From a virus (lineage: Duplodnaviria > Caudoviricetes): a stretch of 64,000 nt of DNA. Positions 36,178 to 44,938 of the stretch are shown here, in pieces; the first letter of the stretch is position 1; the number at the start of each line of letters is the position of its first letter. The position numbers and the translations under genes were made by a program. A model generated the notes under the pieces. That model searched no databases. It saw nothing but the letters and a program-made list of their open reading frames with translations, and was not told where the DNA came from. The stretch covers positions 7,103 through 71,102 of the IMG/VR virus record IMGVR_UViG_3300048881_000548; one strand, given 5' to 3'.

Positions 36178-38039
36178 GTCGATTGCCTGATACGCGAGCC
36201 GCTCTGGCTCTTCACGATCGTCGCCGTCCCGGCGAAGCCGCCGAAGTCATAGCTTCGGTGGTCCACGATCCATATCTGGCGGCCCTCGTTGCGCGCTCGC
36301 TGCGCCAGGCTCTCCAGCAGATCCGCCACGCCCCTGGGGCTGAGGCCTTGCGTAGGCTCGTCCCAGACCTCCAAGTTCAGCGTCGTGCCCGTGCGGCTGC
36401 GGATGAGGTCGGCGAGGCCCATGTTGGCGGCAAGACGCAGGCGCTGACCCTCGCCGCCACTCCAGGCCTCCCAGGGCACGGCCTTCGTGTTGTGGGGGCT
36501 CAGTACGGCCACGTTGAAGCCGCGCTGCAGCGTGCCCTTGGCGGTCTCACGATCCACCTGGAAGCCCAGCTCCCACTCGATCAAGCCCAATGCCGCTACG
36601 GCGCTATTCACTTCGATCTCCAGCTCAGTGAGGGCTTCGGCGATCTGCTGCAGCCGCAGCTCCTTGAAGCCACGCACCCAGTAGCCGTACACGCTCTGGT
36701 TGAGCCGGTGGTCGTCCAGGGCTCGGCGGATCTTGCGGCTCTCCTTTTCCAGTGCTTCCTGTTCGCGGTCGCTTTGCTCAATCATGTCGGCAAATGGGCT
36801 GCGGGCCTTCTCCAGCCTCTCGGCTTCGTCTTCAATGGCGTCAAGCCGCTTGTCCTCAGCCAGCTTGTCCCGCCGCGCTCCCGCGGTGGCGTCCTCAGCC
36901 TGGCGCAGCGTCTTGCGCGCATCATCCAGATGTGCCTCTGCCTCGCGCAGTGCATCCACGCGCACCTTCACTTCCTCTTTCTTGTCCTCGTAGAGCCCGC
37001 TGAATTCGGCCTCTTTTTGCCGCGCCTTGTTGTATGCCGCCTCAGCCTCGGCTAGGTGTCGCGCCCGCTTCTTGGCGTCGAGCTTCTGCCCGCACTGAGA
37101 GCACGCCTCGTTCTCCTCTACGGCGATGACGTGGTTCTCCGCGTGCCGATGGTCGGCCTCAGCCTTGGCGAGATCCCGGTCAATCTCGGCAAGCTCGCGC
37201 TCCACGCGTCGGCAGTCCTCGAAGGCCGCAAGGCGCCGCTCCACAAGCACTCGGACCTTCTCGCGCGCCTTGGCCTCCACTTCCTCGGTCACGCGCAGGT
37301 CTTCTTTAGCCGTCGAATGGGCTTCGTAGCCCTGCCACTCTTTGTCCAGGGCCGCAAGACGCTTTGCCGTGTCTTCCTGCCACTCTTTGTGCAAGCTCTG
37401 GAAGTCCGTGCGCTCCATGGCGATGAGCGCCCCCTCGATCTCGGATTCGCGGCGCTCGAGTCGGCGGATCTCGATGTCCTCGGCCCCCGCCAGCTTGGAT
37501 GCTTTGGTGGAGGCCTCCAGCCAGTAGTCGAGGCCCATGACTTCGGAGAAGAGCGTGGCCTTAGCCTCGGCCTTTAGATCGAGGAACATGGGCTGGTTCT
37601 GGGCCATCATGATAGCGCTGAGCCATGGCGAGTAGTCCAGGCCCAGCCAGCCCATGAAGAAGTTCCGGGGAGCCTTGTCGAGATCCTCGAAGTCGTCAGG
37701 ATTAGCCGTTGAGCAGAGGCGCCACTGATTGGGCTTCCATGAGCGCATGAGCGTGCACTCCTCTCCCATAGGCGTGACAAAGTCGAATTCGACCGCGGTG
37801 CCCTTGGCAAGCTCCCAATTGCCGACGTCGCCCGCCTTGAGGCCCCGGCTAGTCTTGCCGAAGATGCACCAAGTCAAGGCCTCCCAGATCGTGGACTTGC
37901 CGGCGCCGTTGCCCTCCAGCTGCGGCTCCTTCTCGTTGACGCCTTGCATGAAGTAGAGGCCGGGTGCTTGGGGGAACTTGAACTCCTGGGTCTTCTTGAA
38001 GCTACGGAAGTTCGTAATGCGTAGAGCCAGGGGGATCAT
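36171..38039 (-). CDS. SbcC/Rad50-like SMC ATPase
   Basis: NFRSF, GNGAGKST, Zn-hook CSQCGQ, WSGGE signature, WDEP Walker B and IVDH. Confidence 0.93.
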   Translation of the reverse strand: MIPLALRITNFRSFKKTQEFKFPQAPGLYFMQGVNEKEPQLEGNGAGKSTIWEALTWCIFGKTSRGLKAGDVGNWELAKGTAVEFDFVTPMGEECTLMRSWKPNQWRLCSTANPDDFEDLDKAPRNFFMGWLGLDYSPWLSAIMMAQNQPMFLDLKAEAKATLFSEVMGLDYWLEASTKASKLAGAEDIEIRRLERRESEIEGALIAMERTDFQSLHKEWQEDTAKRLAALDKEWQGYEAHSTAKEDLRVTEEVEAKAREKVRVLVERRLAAFEDCRRVERELAEIDRDLAKAEADHRHAENHVIAVEENEACSQCGQKLDAKKRARHLAEAEAAYNKARQKEAEFSGLYEDKKEEVKVRVDALREAEAHLDDARKTLRQAEDATAGARRDKLAEDKRLDAIEDEAERLEKARSPFADMIEQSDREQEALEKESRKIRRALDDHRLNQSVYGYWVRGFKELRLQQIAEALTELEIEVNSAVAALGLIEWELGFQVDRETAKGTLQRGFNVAVLSPHNTKAVPWEAWSGGEGQRLRLAANMGLADLIRSRTGTTLNLEVWDEPTQGLSPRGVADLLESLAQRARNEGRQIWIVDHRSYDFGGFAGTATIVKSQSGSRIRQSTV

Positions 38040-38272
38040 TCGAGGGGCACTCTCTTTCGGGGTTGACCTGCGGCGAGAGCCGCGCGCATGGCAGCCTCTG
38101 GCGTTGCGCCTTGGCCGTGGCGATCACTGTTGGCAAGCCTGGCGCACCACCAAGAGCCGTCAGCCTTCCAGCGGAAAACGGCTGCCATCCGGGAAAGTAA
38201 ATTCTCGTCTGTGGGCTCCAAAGCATTGAGGGCTTCGGCCTCGTCGTCAAAGATGAGCTTCTGTCGAGTCAT
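38036..38272 (-). CDS. Hypothetical protein
   Basis: Coupled ORF; G.TPE.AMRAA motif. Confidence 0.65.
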   Translation of the reverse strand: MTRQKLIFDDEAEALNALEPTDENLLSRMAAVFRWKADGSWWCARLANSDRHGQGATPEAAMRAALAAGQPRKRVPLE

Positions 38273-38616
38273 AGCGTGTCCAGCTTGCGGACTTGGGTGA
38301 ACCGGTAGCTTAGGTCCCCCATGTCAGCGTAACGGGAGGCAAGCGACTGGCGAACCTCTTCTACGCTTTCAGGCGCCACGGCCATCACGTAGAGGCGCGC
38401 AAGGCTAAGGCCTGCGGTAAGCCTTGCCACGTCTTTGCTCACAGCCAGGCCATGGCCTCGGCAAAGAACGACGCACGGCCCAGTCGCTACTACGGTGACC
38501 TTCCCCTGCTGACCGATGTGGAAGATTGCGAAGGGGCTTTCAATGACGCCCTCGAACTTGCCGTGGCGCTTCATGCCGCTGAGCTGATACCACTTACGAT
38601 GCTTGCGTGTTTTCAT
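38269..38616 (-). CDS. Hypothetical protein
   Basis: RBS AAAGGA; ATGA coupling. Confidence 0.6.
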   Translation of the reverse strand: MKTRKHRKWYQLSGMKRHGKFEGVIESPFAIFHIGQQGKVTVVATGPCVVLCRGHGLAVSKDVARLTAGLSLARLYVMAVAPESVEEVRQSLASRYADMGDLSYRFTQVRKLDTL

Positions 38617-38756
38617 TGTTGGTCCTTTCTTTTCTTTCGCCATGTTTGCAGGCAGACGTACTCCCCTCCGCAGAGAGGGCAGCGCACGCCCTTCTTTGGA
38701 TCTGGGCATGGCCTATCACGCTTGGTCGGATGCCCTGGGAGAGTGGGCTTGCTCAT
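38613..38756 (-). CDS. Small Cys-rich (Zn-ribbon-like) protein
   Basis: CPDP..GVRCPLCGGEYVC; coupled on both sides. Confidence 0.5.
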   Translation of the reverse strand: MSKPTLPGHPTKRDRPCPDPKKGVRCPLCGGEYVCLQTWRKKRKDQQ

Positions 38757-39103
38757 AACGTGCCGTCCGATTGAATGATGTATTCGAGGCCGCGCATGCG
38801 CAGCACGTCGAAGGCGTAGCCGACTTCGCCATCGATCTCGTAGCTTCCCGTGTGGCGCCACGCCAGCTCCGTGCCCCACTCCCAGGCCTCGTAGGCGCAA
38901 AGCTCCTGGGCCTCCCAGCGCATGAGGATGGCGACGGTAGCCTGGCAGCAAATGAAGAAGTGCTCGGCGCCCGTGTGGCTGCTGCGCAGCCGATCTACGA
39001 CGACGCCTGGGCCCTTCATGCGGTGCCACCAAGTGCGCCACACCTCGCCGATCCAGAAACCGCGGTCGGCATCGCGGATGAAGAACTTCGGTGCGCTTTT
39101 CAT
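38753..39103 (-). CDS. Hypothetical protein
   Basis: Coupled ORF. Confidence 0.6.
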   Translation of the reverse strand: MKSAPKFFIRDADRGFWIGEVWRTWWHRMKGPGVVVDRLRSSHTGAEHFFICCQATVAILMRWEAQELCAYEAWEWGTELAWRHTGSYEIDGEVGYAFDVLRMRGLEYIIQSDGTL

Positions 39104-40113
39104 GACTCGATGACCCTCATTCCAAGTTCGTAGGCGAGCGGCCCCAGCTCCTCGGCTTCGACGAAGCGCGTGATGGTCTGCTCGGGCGTGTAGATGCGCT
39201 TGCGCTCGCCTCCATCAGCCAGGCTGCGCTCTGTCTTTTCGACAATCAGCTCCACGCCGGCGATGATGATCTCGTAATCCCGGAGCAGCGCCACAGCTTC
39301 GCGCCGCGTCTTCGACCAGCTGTGCTTGTCAGCTTCGCTCATCTTGATGCGGAGCTTGACTTGGTCGCCCTTGCGCAGCTTGGCGCGGGTCAGGTCGCCA
39401 GCCACGAGCCGGTCCTGCACGGCAAGCGTGACGCGCTGCAGCGTCTTGAAGTAGAGATTGACGGGATTGCCGCCGCGCTCCAGAAGGACGCAGCGCGGCG
39501 TGAAGGCGTCGCCGAAGTGGACGTGATAGGGGCTGCCCACGTACTCCACGCCGCCAATGATCTGCGGCACGTGGATGTCGCCGCTGTAGACCTTGCCCGC
39601 GTTGAGCGGCGGCAGATCCTCGCCGTCCATCACCTGGCCATTGCTGCTGACGGCGTTCTTCACGGTCTGGTGCATGAAGAGGTATTCGTAGTGGCTGAAG
39701 TCGAAGCCCGCCCAATCCTTGGCTGGCTGCTTGCTGTAGGGCAAGAAGAAAGCAGAGGGGCCCTTGACGTCTTCATCCTCGTAGGGCCGCGTGATGAACT
39801 TGACGCGGCCACCATCCAGCCGGTCGAGGAAGCGGAAATACTCTTGGCCGTCGAGCAGCCAGTCGTGGTTCCCCGTGAGGATCTTGATGTCAGGCACGAC
39901 CTGGGAGAGCATCCAGATGCTGTGCACGACCTTATTTACGAGATCCGCGTTGTGGTTGTCCTTGGCATCCGTGAGGTCACCAAGGATGTAGAGGCTCTTC
40001 ACCTTCTCGGCGCGAGCCTCAGCGACCAGCCAGTCGAACAGCCCCCATCTATAGGAGGTGGATTCGCTCGCGACGAGGTGAAGGTCGGAGGTCAGGAGAC
40101 AGGGATACTGCAT
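39100..40113 (-). CDS. SbcD/Mre11-like metallophosphoesterase nuclease
   Basis: SDLHL, LGDLTD, GNHD, FMHQ, SGDIH and YVGSP. Confidence 0.92.
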   Translation of the reverse strand: MQYPCLLTSDLHLVASESTSYRWGLFDWLVAEARAEKVKSLYILGDLTDAKDNHNADLVNKVVHSIWMLSQVVPDIKILTGNHDWLLDGQEYFRFLDRLDGGRVKFITRPYEDEDVKGPSAFFLPYSKQPAKDWAGFDFSHYEYLFMHQTVKNAVSSNGQVMDGEDLPPLNAGKVYSGDIHVPQIIGGVEYVGSPYHVHFGDAFTPRCVLLERGGNPVNLYFKTLQRVTLAVQDRLVAGDLTRAKLRKGDQVKLRIKMSEADKHSWSKTRREAVALLRDYEIIIAGVELIVEKTERSLADGGERKRIYTPEQTITRFVEAEELGPLAYELGMRVIES

Positions 40114-40714
40114 GGCTGAGGATGGAGAGGAGTTGTTTGAAGGCTGGCGTCTGGATACCAGCAGAGACCGTAGCCATGGCATCAGCCAGGTGTTCGTTGT
40201 CGTTGACGAGGCGCCCAGCCTCCAGACGCTTCCCCTTGGAGCTGGCGGCATGGGCGGCACGAATCCAGGGGGCCTCAGGCCAGTTATTCGCAGCCCAGGC
40301 AATGATCTCGGCCTTGCTGGCGCCCTTTTGGACTTTGCGCCCCGCCACGGCGGCCTTGACTTCCATGGGGCTCACTTCGATGATGGGCACAGAACACGAC
40401 GCCAGAATGCCCACGGCGATGCCCAGGGAGTAGGCGGCCGTGGCGCTCTGCGTGTTGCCCCCAGGGATCTCGGCAAAAGCAACGCGAGCGCCACTCTTAG
40501 AGATGGCCTTGTGAAGGGCCTCGTGAAGCTCCTGGGCACGCCGCAGGCGGTCGCTACTCACGCGGACAGCCTTCCCATCAGCCTTGGCTGTTTGCGCAAG
40601 CTCCAGGCCCTGGCAACTAATGCTCTTGAGACCTTCTCGTTCGAGATCCACCTCGACGAAGGCGAAGCCCATGTTGGCGAAGCCCACGTCTATACTCAAG
40701 CCCTTGACTCTCAT
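40049..40714 (-). CDS. RuvC-like Holliday junction resolvase
   Basis: SIDVGFANMG, FAEIP, P.EVK..V.G...ASK.EII.W and EHLADA. Confidence 0.85.
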   Translation of the reverse strand: MRVKGLSIDVGFANMGFAFVEVDLEREGLKSISCQGLELAQTAKADGKAVRVSSDRLRRAQELHEALHKAISKSGARVAFAEIPGGNTQSATAAYSLGIAVGILASCSVPIIEVSPMEVKAAVAGRKVQKGASKAEIIAWAANNWPEAPWIRAAHAASSKGKRLEAGRLVNDNEHLADAMATVSAGIQTPAFKQLLSILSHAVSLSPDLRPSPRRERIHLL

Positions 40715-41361
40715 GAGCCCTCCGGCCATTTGAAAGCCAGGCGCGAGGCGGGGATCTCAGCGGCCCCGGCCCAAATATCTGCCATGCCCATCCCAGACGC
40801 ACGGCGCTGCTCCATGGCATAGGCGTACTCAGCCAGGATCTTGTGGGCGCCGTCGATGCGCGCCACCATCTCCTCGTTCACTTCGATGGCTTCCCGCACT
40901 TGGCTCATGCGCTGCTCGACGGCGGCGCGCAGGAAGTCGGGGCCTGCCCCCTTGAACACGAGGGCGTTGAGGCGCTTCGTAAGCTGGCGCAGGTTGGTGC
41001 GCAGCTCATTCAAGGCGCCTTGATGCTGGGCTCGGTGCTCGTTCAGCATGCGGTGGGTATCGCTGACGAGGTTCAGGCCCTCGGGGGCCTTGGTGATGAC
41101 CGCCAAAAAGGTCGTGACGAGGAAGTCGCGGGCGCGGGCCTCCTTGGGGTCGGCTATGAGGCCTTCCAGGCCGCTGTCGTAGGCCGCCCGCTCCTCGGGG
41201 TTGCTGAGGATGCGGTAGGCCTCGTTAACGCGCGCCTGGGCCTCGTGGCTGCCGCCTTCTCGATCTGGGTGGGCCTTGCTATTGGCTTGCCGCCAAGCGG
41301 CCTTGATCTCGGCCTGGGTCGCTGTCTCCGCGATGCCCAGGACTTCGTAGTGGTCCTGCAT
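40711..41361 (-). CDS. J-domain (DnaJ-like) protein
   Basis: DHYEVLGI...EIKAAWR...HPDR...VNEAY.ILS...R..YD. Confidence 0.9.
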   Translation of the reverse strand: MQDHYEVLGIAETATQAEIKAAWRQANSKAHPDREGGSHEAQARVNEAYRILSNPEERAAYDSGLEGLIADPKEARARDFLVTTFLAVITKAPEGLNLVSDTHRMLNEHRAQHQGALNELRTNLRQLTKRLNALVFKGAGPDFLRAAVEQRMSQVREAIEVNEEMVARIDGAHKILAEYAYAMEQRRASGMGMADIWAGAAEIPASRLAFKWPEGS

Positions 41362-41730
41362 TTACTTGGCCTCCGGCTTGGGCTTCGGACCTGGGCCTTT
41401 CTCTCGTATCTCTGCGGGCTCAGTGACCAAATAGGCTATTGGGCCGAGATGTTCGGTCCCGAAAGTTTGCTCCCACTTTCTCAGGCGTGCTGGGATGAGG
41501 GCCTCGATGAGGGCTTCTACGCAACGACGGGCATCGCGCTTGTCCTTGCTGCCTTGCGTGATCTGTCCCACCACTAGGCCATTGGCGGCTTTGATGCGGA
41601 CGTTGACCACGGGCTCACCCTCGGCGTAGCGGAACGGGTTGCCGATCTCTCCGGTGCCGCCCACGACGCGCGTTGGCGTGGACCAGTAGTATTCGATGGT
41701 GGGGAGCTTGACAGTTGATTTTCTGGGCAT
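41362..41730 (-). CDS. Hypothetical protein, DUF1508/YegP-like segment
   Basis: RIKAANGLVVGQITQG.KDKRDARRCVE; RBS GGAG. Confidence 0.55.
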   Translation of the reverse strand: MPRKSTVKLPTIEYYWSTPTRVVGGTGEIGNPFRYAEGEPVVNVRIKAANGLVVGQITQGSKDKRDARRCVEALIEALIPARLRKWEQTFGTEHLGPIAYLVTEPAEIREKGPGPKPKPEAK

Positions 41731-41744
41731 GGGAATCTCCGAGT

Positions 41745-41780
41745 AAAAGAAAAAGGGGGCCGTTAGCCCCCAAATATACA
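41745..41780 (-). terminator. Intrinsic terminator abutting a GTATAnnT motif
   Basis: On the minus strand, TGTATATTT is followed by GGGGGC-TAACG-GCCCCC and a T-tract. Confidence 0.75.
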
Positions 41781-41792
41781 GAGAAGTGCGGC

Positions 41793-42419
41793 TCAGCCCC
41801 CGGCTTGCCAAGGTTGGGGGCGCGGCGCCGGAGCCGAGGTCATAGGCTGGGCTTCGAGGGCCGCCTGTGCCTTGCGGCCCGAGGCCTCGCGATCCTTGGC
41901 CCATTGCGGGCGCAGGCGGTCGGGGCAGCGCCAGGCCTTCACCGCCACGCCGCGGTCGCGGGCATCGGCTTCGATCATGTCGGCTTCGTCTTCCGTGGCT
42001 GATGCCGAATTGGGATCCTGGCATTGCGTGGCGTTGATCCAGGCCTGCGAACGGCCCGTGTATTTGCCGTTGAGGGCGCGGGCGCGGACGTCGCAGGCCA
42101 CTTGCATGGCGCCGCCCTTGCTGGCTGCCGCGCCGAAGACCTTGGCTTGCACGCTGATGGCATCCCCGGCCTCGTTGCAGGTGTCGTTAGCCGGGGCGTT
42201 GACGCCGACGAAGGCCGCCGAGGAAACCGGCAGGCCGCTGTGCGTGACCTTGTTTTCCGTGTAGCCGAGCTGGGGCGCGCTGTTCACGTTGACCACGGGG
42301 TTGCCGATGTTCTGCGGGCTTGCCTGCGCCACGCTGCCCGCCGAGGACTCGCTGGTGGCATCTGCGAAAGCCGAGAAGGAGGCCGCGATGAGGGCGGCCA
42401 AGATGACTTGCTTTTTCAT
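41793..42419 (-). CDS. Secreted Cys-containing protein (Sec signal peptide)
   Basis: MKKQVILAALIAASFSAFA signal; NDTC...C...C...C pattern. Confidence 0.75.
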   Translation of the reverse strand: MKKQVILAALIAASFSAFADATSESSAGSVAQASPQNIGNPVVNVNSAPQLGYTENKVTHSGLPVSSAAFVGVNAPANDTCNEAGDAISVQAKVFGAAASKGGAMQVACDVRARALNGKYTGRSQAWINATQCQDPNSASATEDEADMIEADARDRGVAVKAWRCPDRLRPQWAKDREASGRKAQAALEAQPMTSAPAPRPQPWQAGG

Positions 42420-42453
42420 GATTGGATCTCCGAGAAAGAATAGGGCCGAAGGC

Positions 42454-42473
42454 GGGAAGCCTTGCGGCCTCCC
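42454..42473 (-). promoter_or_regulatory. Intercistronic GNRA hairpin
   Basis: GGGAGGCC-GCAA-GGCTTCCC on the minus strand between the two secreted-protein genes. Confidence 0.55.
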
Positions 42474-42490
42474 GGAACCACCTCGAATCG

Positions 42491-43180
42491 TTAGTTCGAG
42501 GTGCTGGTGATGCTGCCCACCTTGGCTTGGCCGAACGCATTGGCAGCGGCCTCGGTTTGCAGCTGGACGGTGCCCGTGCCCAGCGTGAGCTGTGCGGCGG
42601 GAAGGGTCAGTGCCGACGTGATGCCGTGGCTGGACACATCGGTTTGCTGCAGCGGGCCGACCTTGATCTGCGAGGCCGAGGCGCTCGCATCGAAGCCGCT
42701 CGTGGCCGAGCCACCGGTGAATGCCAGGCCATTGGTGCCGCTTGCCGCGCTCGTGCCGACAATTGCTTCAGCGTTGCCCGTGACGTTGGCTTGCGGGCCA
42801 CCGGCCACCGTGTGGGCTTCACCAGCGCCGACGATCGATGCCGTGCTCACGCCCGAGGCCTGCGCCGAGCCCGATGCATTGCCCACGCTCAGATTGCCGG
42901 CGATGGCGCCGCCGTTGGTTGCCGCATTGCCGGTGACGCCCACGCTTGCCGCCTTGAGGGGGCCGATGCCCACGCCCAGGCCAGTCGTCGTGCCGCTCGT
43001 GGTGGCTGACTGCTGGTTGGCTGCGCCGGAGATGCTCAGGCCGCCGCCGTTGCCCGCGTAGGAGCTGACCTGGCTGGTCGAGATGGCCGCCGTGGCCGGG
43101 GTCAAAGACTGCGATGAGCCGTGGGCCAGCGCAACGCCGGCGATGAGAAGAGCGGCTACTGCCGCGAAAAGCTTTTTCAT
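42491..43180 (-). CDS. Secreted Ala/Gly/Ser/Thr-rich low-complexity protein
   Basis: MKKLFAAVAALLIAGVALA signal; few charged residues, no Cys; two-fold internal repeat. Confidence 0.8.
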   Translation of the reverse strand: MKKLFAAVAALLIAGVALAHGSSQSLTPATAAISTSQVSSYAGNGGGLSISGAANQQSATTSGTTTGLGVGIGPLKAASVGVTGNAATNGGAIAGNLSVGNASGSAQASGVSTASIVGAGEAHTVAGGPQANVTGNAEAIVGTSAASGTNGLAFTGGSATSGFDASASASQIKVGPLQQTDVSSHGITSALTLPAAQLTLGTGTVQLQTEAAANAFGQAKVGSITSTSN

Positions 43181-43262
43181 GATCGATACTCCGAAAGGTT
43201 GAGAAATGACAAGCGGAATTGCCCGTCGGTAAGCCCAGCTCGCTAGGCTTAGCGCCGCGCAA

Positions 43263-43460
43263 TCAATGCAGGAAGTAGCGGTAGGCTGCTTCGCTCACGA
43301 AGAAGATGAAAAGCGTCATGAAAAGCACGGCCGCCAGAATGCGGGTGACCAGCCAGCTCCACCAAGGAGTGCGCTGCCGAGCCCAGGCGGGCCTCTGACC
43401 GTATTTGAACGGGACTCCCGCCTCCCCGAATCCCGTGTGCTTGAATTTCCTGTGTCCCAT
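43263..43460 (-). CDS. Small membrane protein
   Basis: One TM helix; GAGGG upstream. Confidence 0.6.
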   Translation of the reverse strand: MGHRKFKHTGFGEAGVPFKYGQRPAWARQRTPWWSWLVTRILAAVLFMTLFIFFVSEAAYRYFLH

Positions 43461-43490
43461 CTGCGTAGCCCTCGTTCGTTGCGATGGCCT

Positions 43491-43522
43491 GATTATATAA
43501 AGATTTTACTAAGCGCAAGCAA
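43491..43522 (-). promoter_or_regulatory. Sigma70-like promoter (TTGCTT/TTGCGC...TATAAT)
   Basis: Very AT-rich island with a perfect TATAAT; the 12-mer CTTTATATAATC is repeated at 59318-59329. Confidence 0.65.
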
Positions 43523-43530
43523 ATATTTCT

Positions 43531-43809
43531 TCAGGGGCCCCCAGGGGTGAAACCCCACGTCGAATCCATGCCGTCGCCTTGCTCCTTGCTGACGTCCTGG
43601 GATGGAGACTCCACCAAGCTGATGAGATCCCCAGGGCCTTCCTTACCCTCGAAGAAGATGACGCGGCCATCGTCCTCGTGGGCAATGAAGCCGTTGCTGA
43701 GTACCCAGCGCCAGCCATCAAAGGCCCCAGGGCCTCTGTCCAAGGTCACCCGCACAATGCTGCCATCGCGCGTGCGCCATTGCTGATTGATTCGGATGTC
43801 CTTGGGCAT
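43531..43809 (-). CDS. Hypothetical protein
   Basis: RBS AAGGAG; WRTRDG motif. Confidence 0.65.
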   Translation of the reverse strand: MPKDIRINQQWRTRDGSIVRVTLDRGPGAFDGWRWVLSNGFIAHEDDGRVIFFEGKEGPGDLISLVESPSQDVSKEQGDGMDSTWGFTPGGP

Positions 43810-43819
43810 GTCATGCTCC

Positions 43820-44935
43820 TTAGTACTTGCGGGCCTTGGGAAGGAAGTCGTTCTCGATGCGCGACCATTCGCGCTTCAAGACCTTGTTGAGGATGGCTCG
43901 AACCTCGCGGATCTCGTCGCCGCCCTTGGTGCGCAGCGATTCGATGCGCCGCTTGTAGCCTGCCTTGCTCATATCGAGTTCGGCCTGCAGCACGTCAGCA
44001 AGGCCGACTTCCAGCAGCCACTCCACGCCTGCCGTGATGTCGTCGATGCCGTAGCCGAAGATGACCGGGTAGTCGGCGCTGCGGAAAGGCAGCCCCACCT
44101 TGTTCTTCTTGACGCGCATCTCCACGTCCATGCCGACGATGCGCTCCACGCCACGAATCGTGCGCTTGATCTTGGCCTTCTCGCGCAGCCACAGGATGTG
44201 GGATGCGTAGTAGTCCAGGGCCTTGCCGCCGCTTCGCGTCTTCGTCTCGCCGAAGGTCACGCCGATCTTGTCGCGGAGCTGGCTGACGACGATGAGGAGG
44301 CATTCCTGCCGCTCGATCTTCTCGACGAGCTTGCGGAATAGCTCGCCCAGCTTCTTCGCCTTCTGCGTGCCGTAGGTGTTGGTCTCTTCGATGCCGCGCT
44401 GCATCTCGGCGTCGTCGCTGAGAGCATCGAGGCTGTCGAGCACGTAGATAGAGGGCCGATCCTTGTTGCGGTCGAGGAAGGCATCCATGTCCTTGTACCA
44501 GTCCTCGATGGTTCGCAGAGGCTTGCCCTCGTTGAACTCGACGCGGTCGATGGGCAAGCCCAGAGCCTCGGCGTAGTTCTCGTCGAAGGCCGACTCGGAC
44601 TCGGCGTAGCGGGCCGCCGCGTTCTTGTAGAGCCGGCAGATGTTCGTGATGGCTTCGATGGCAAGGAGAGTCTTGCCAGCGCTGCGGTCGCCTACGATGT
44701 TGACGACGCGCCCCAGGGCATAGCCGCCCCCTAGTGCGCAGTCGATGAGCTGGGCGCCGCTGCTGACGAAAGCCAGGCCCGCCTTGTCCATGGATGCGAA
44801 GTAGTTGGGCGGTGAGGGCGGCAGATCTTCGTCCTCTACTTCGACGCGTTCCCGCTTGCGCGGGTTCTCGGCCTCAAGCGCCTGCCTTTTCTTGACAGGC
44901 GCTTTGGCCGTAGCTTTCTTGGTTGCTACGGCCAT
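43820..44935 (-). CDS. recA: RecA/UvsX-like recombinase
   Basis: SSG...D.ALGGG..GRV, GDRSAGKT, LDSLDAL, SQLRDKIGVTFG, SGGKAL.YYAS and KNKVGLPF. Confidence 0.95.
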   Translation of the reverse strand: MAVATKKATAKAPVKKRQALEAENPRKRERVEVEDEDLPPSPPNYFASMDKAGLAFVSSGAQLIDCALGGGYALGRVVNIVGDRSAGKTLLAIEAITNICRLYKNAAARYAESESAFDENYAEALGLPIDRVEFNEGKPLRTIEDWYKDMDAFLDRNKDRPSIYVLDSLDALSDDAEMQRGIEETNTYGTQKAKKLGELFRKLVEKIERQECLLIVVSQLRDKIGVTFGETKTRSGGKALDYYASHILWLREKAKIKRTIRGVERIVGMDVEMRVKKNKVGLPFRSADYPVIFGYGIDDITAGVEWLLEVGLADVLQAELDMSKAGYKRRIESLRTKGGDEIREVRAILNKVLKREWSRIENDFLPKARKY

Positions 44936-44938
44936 GGC

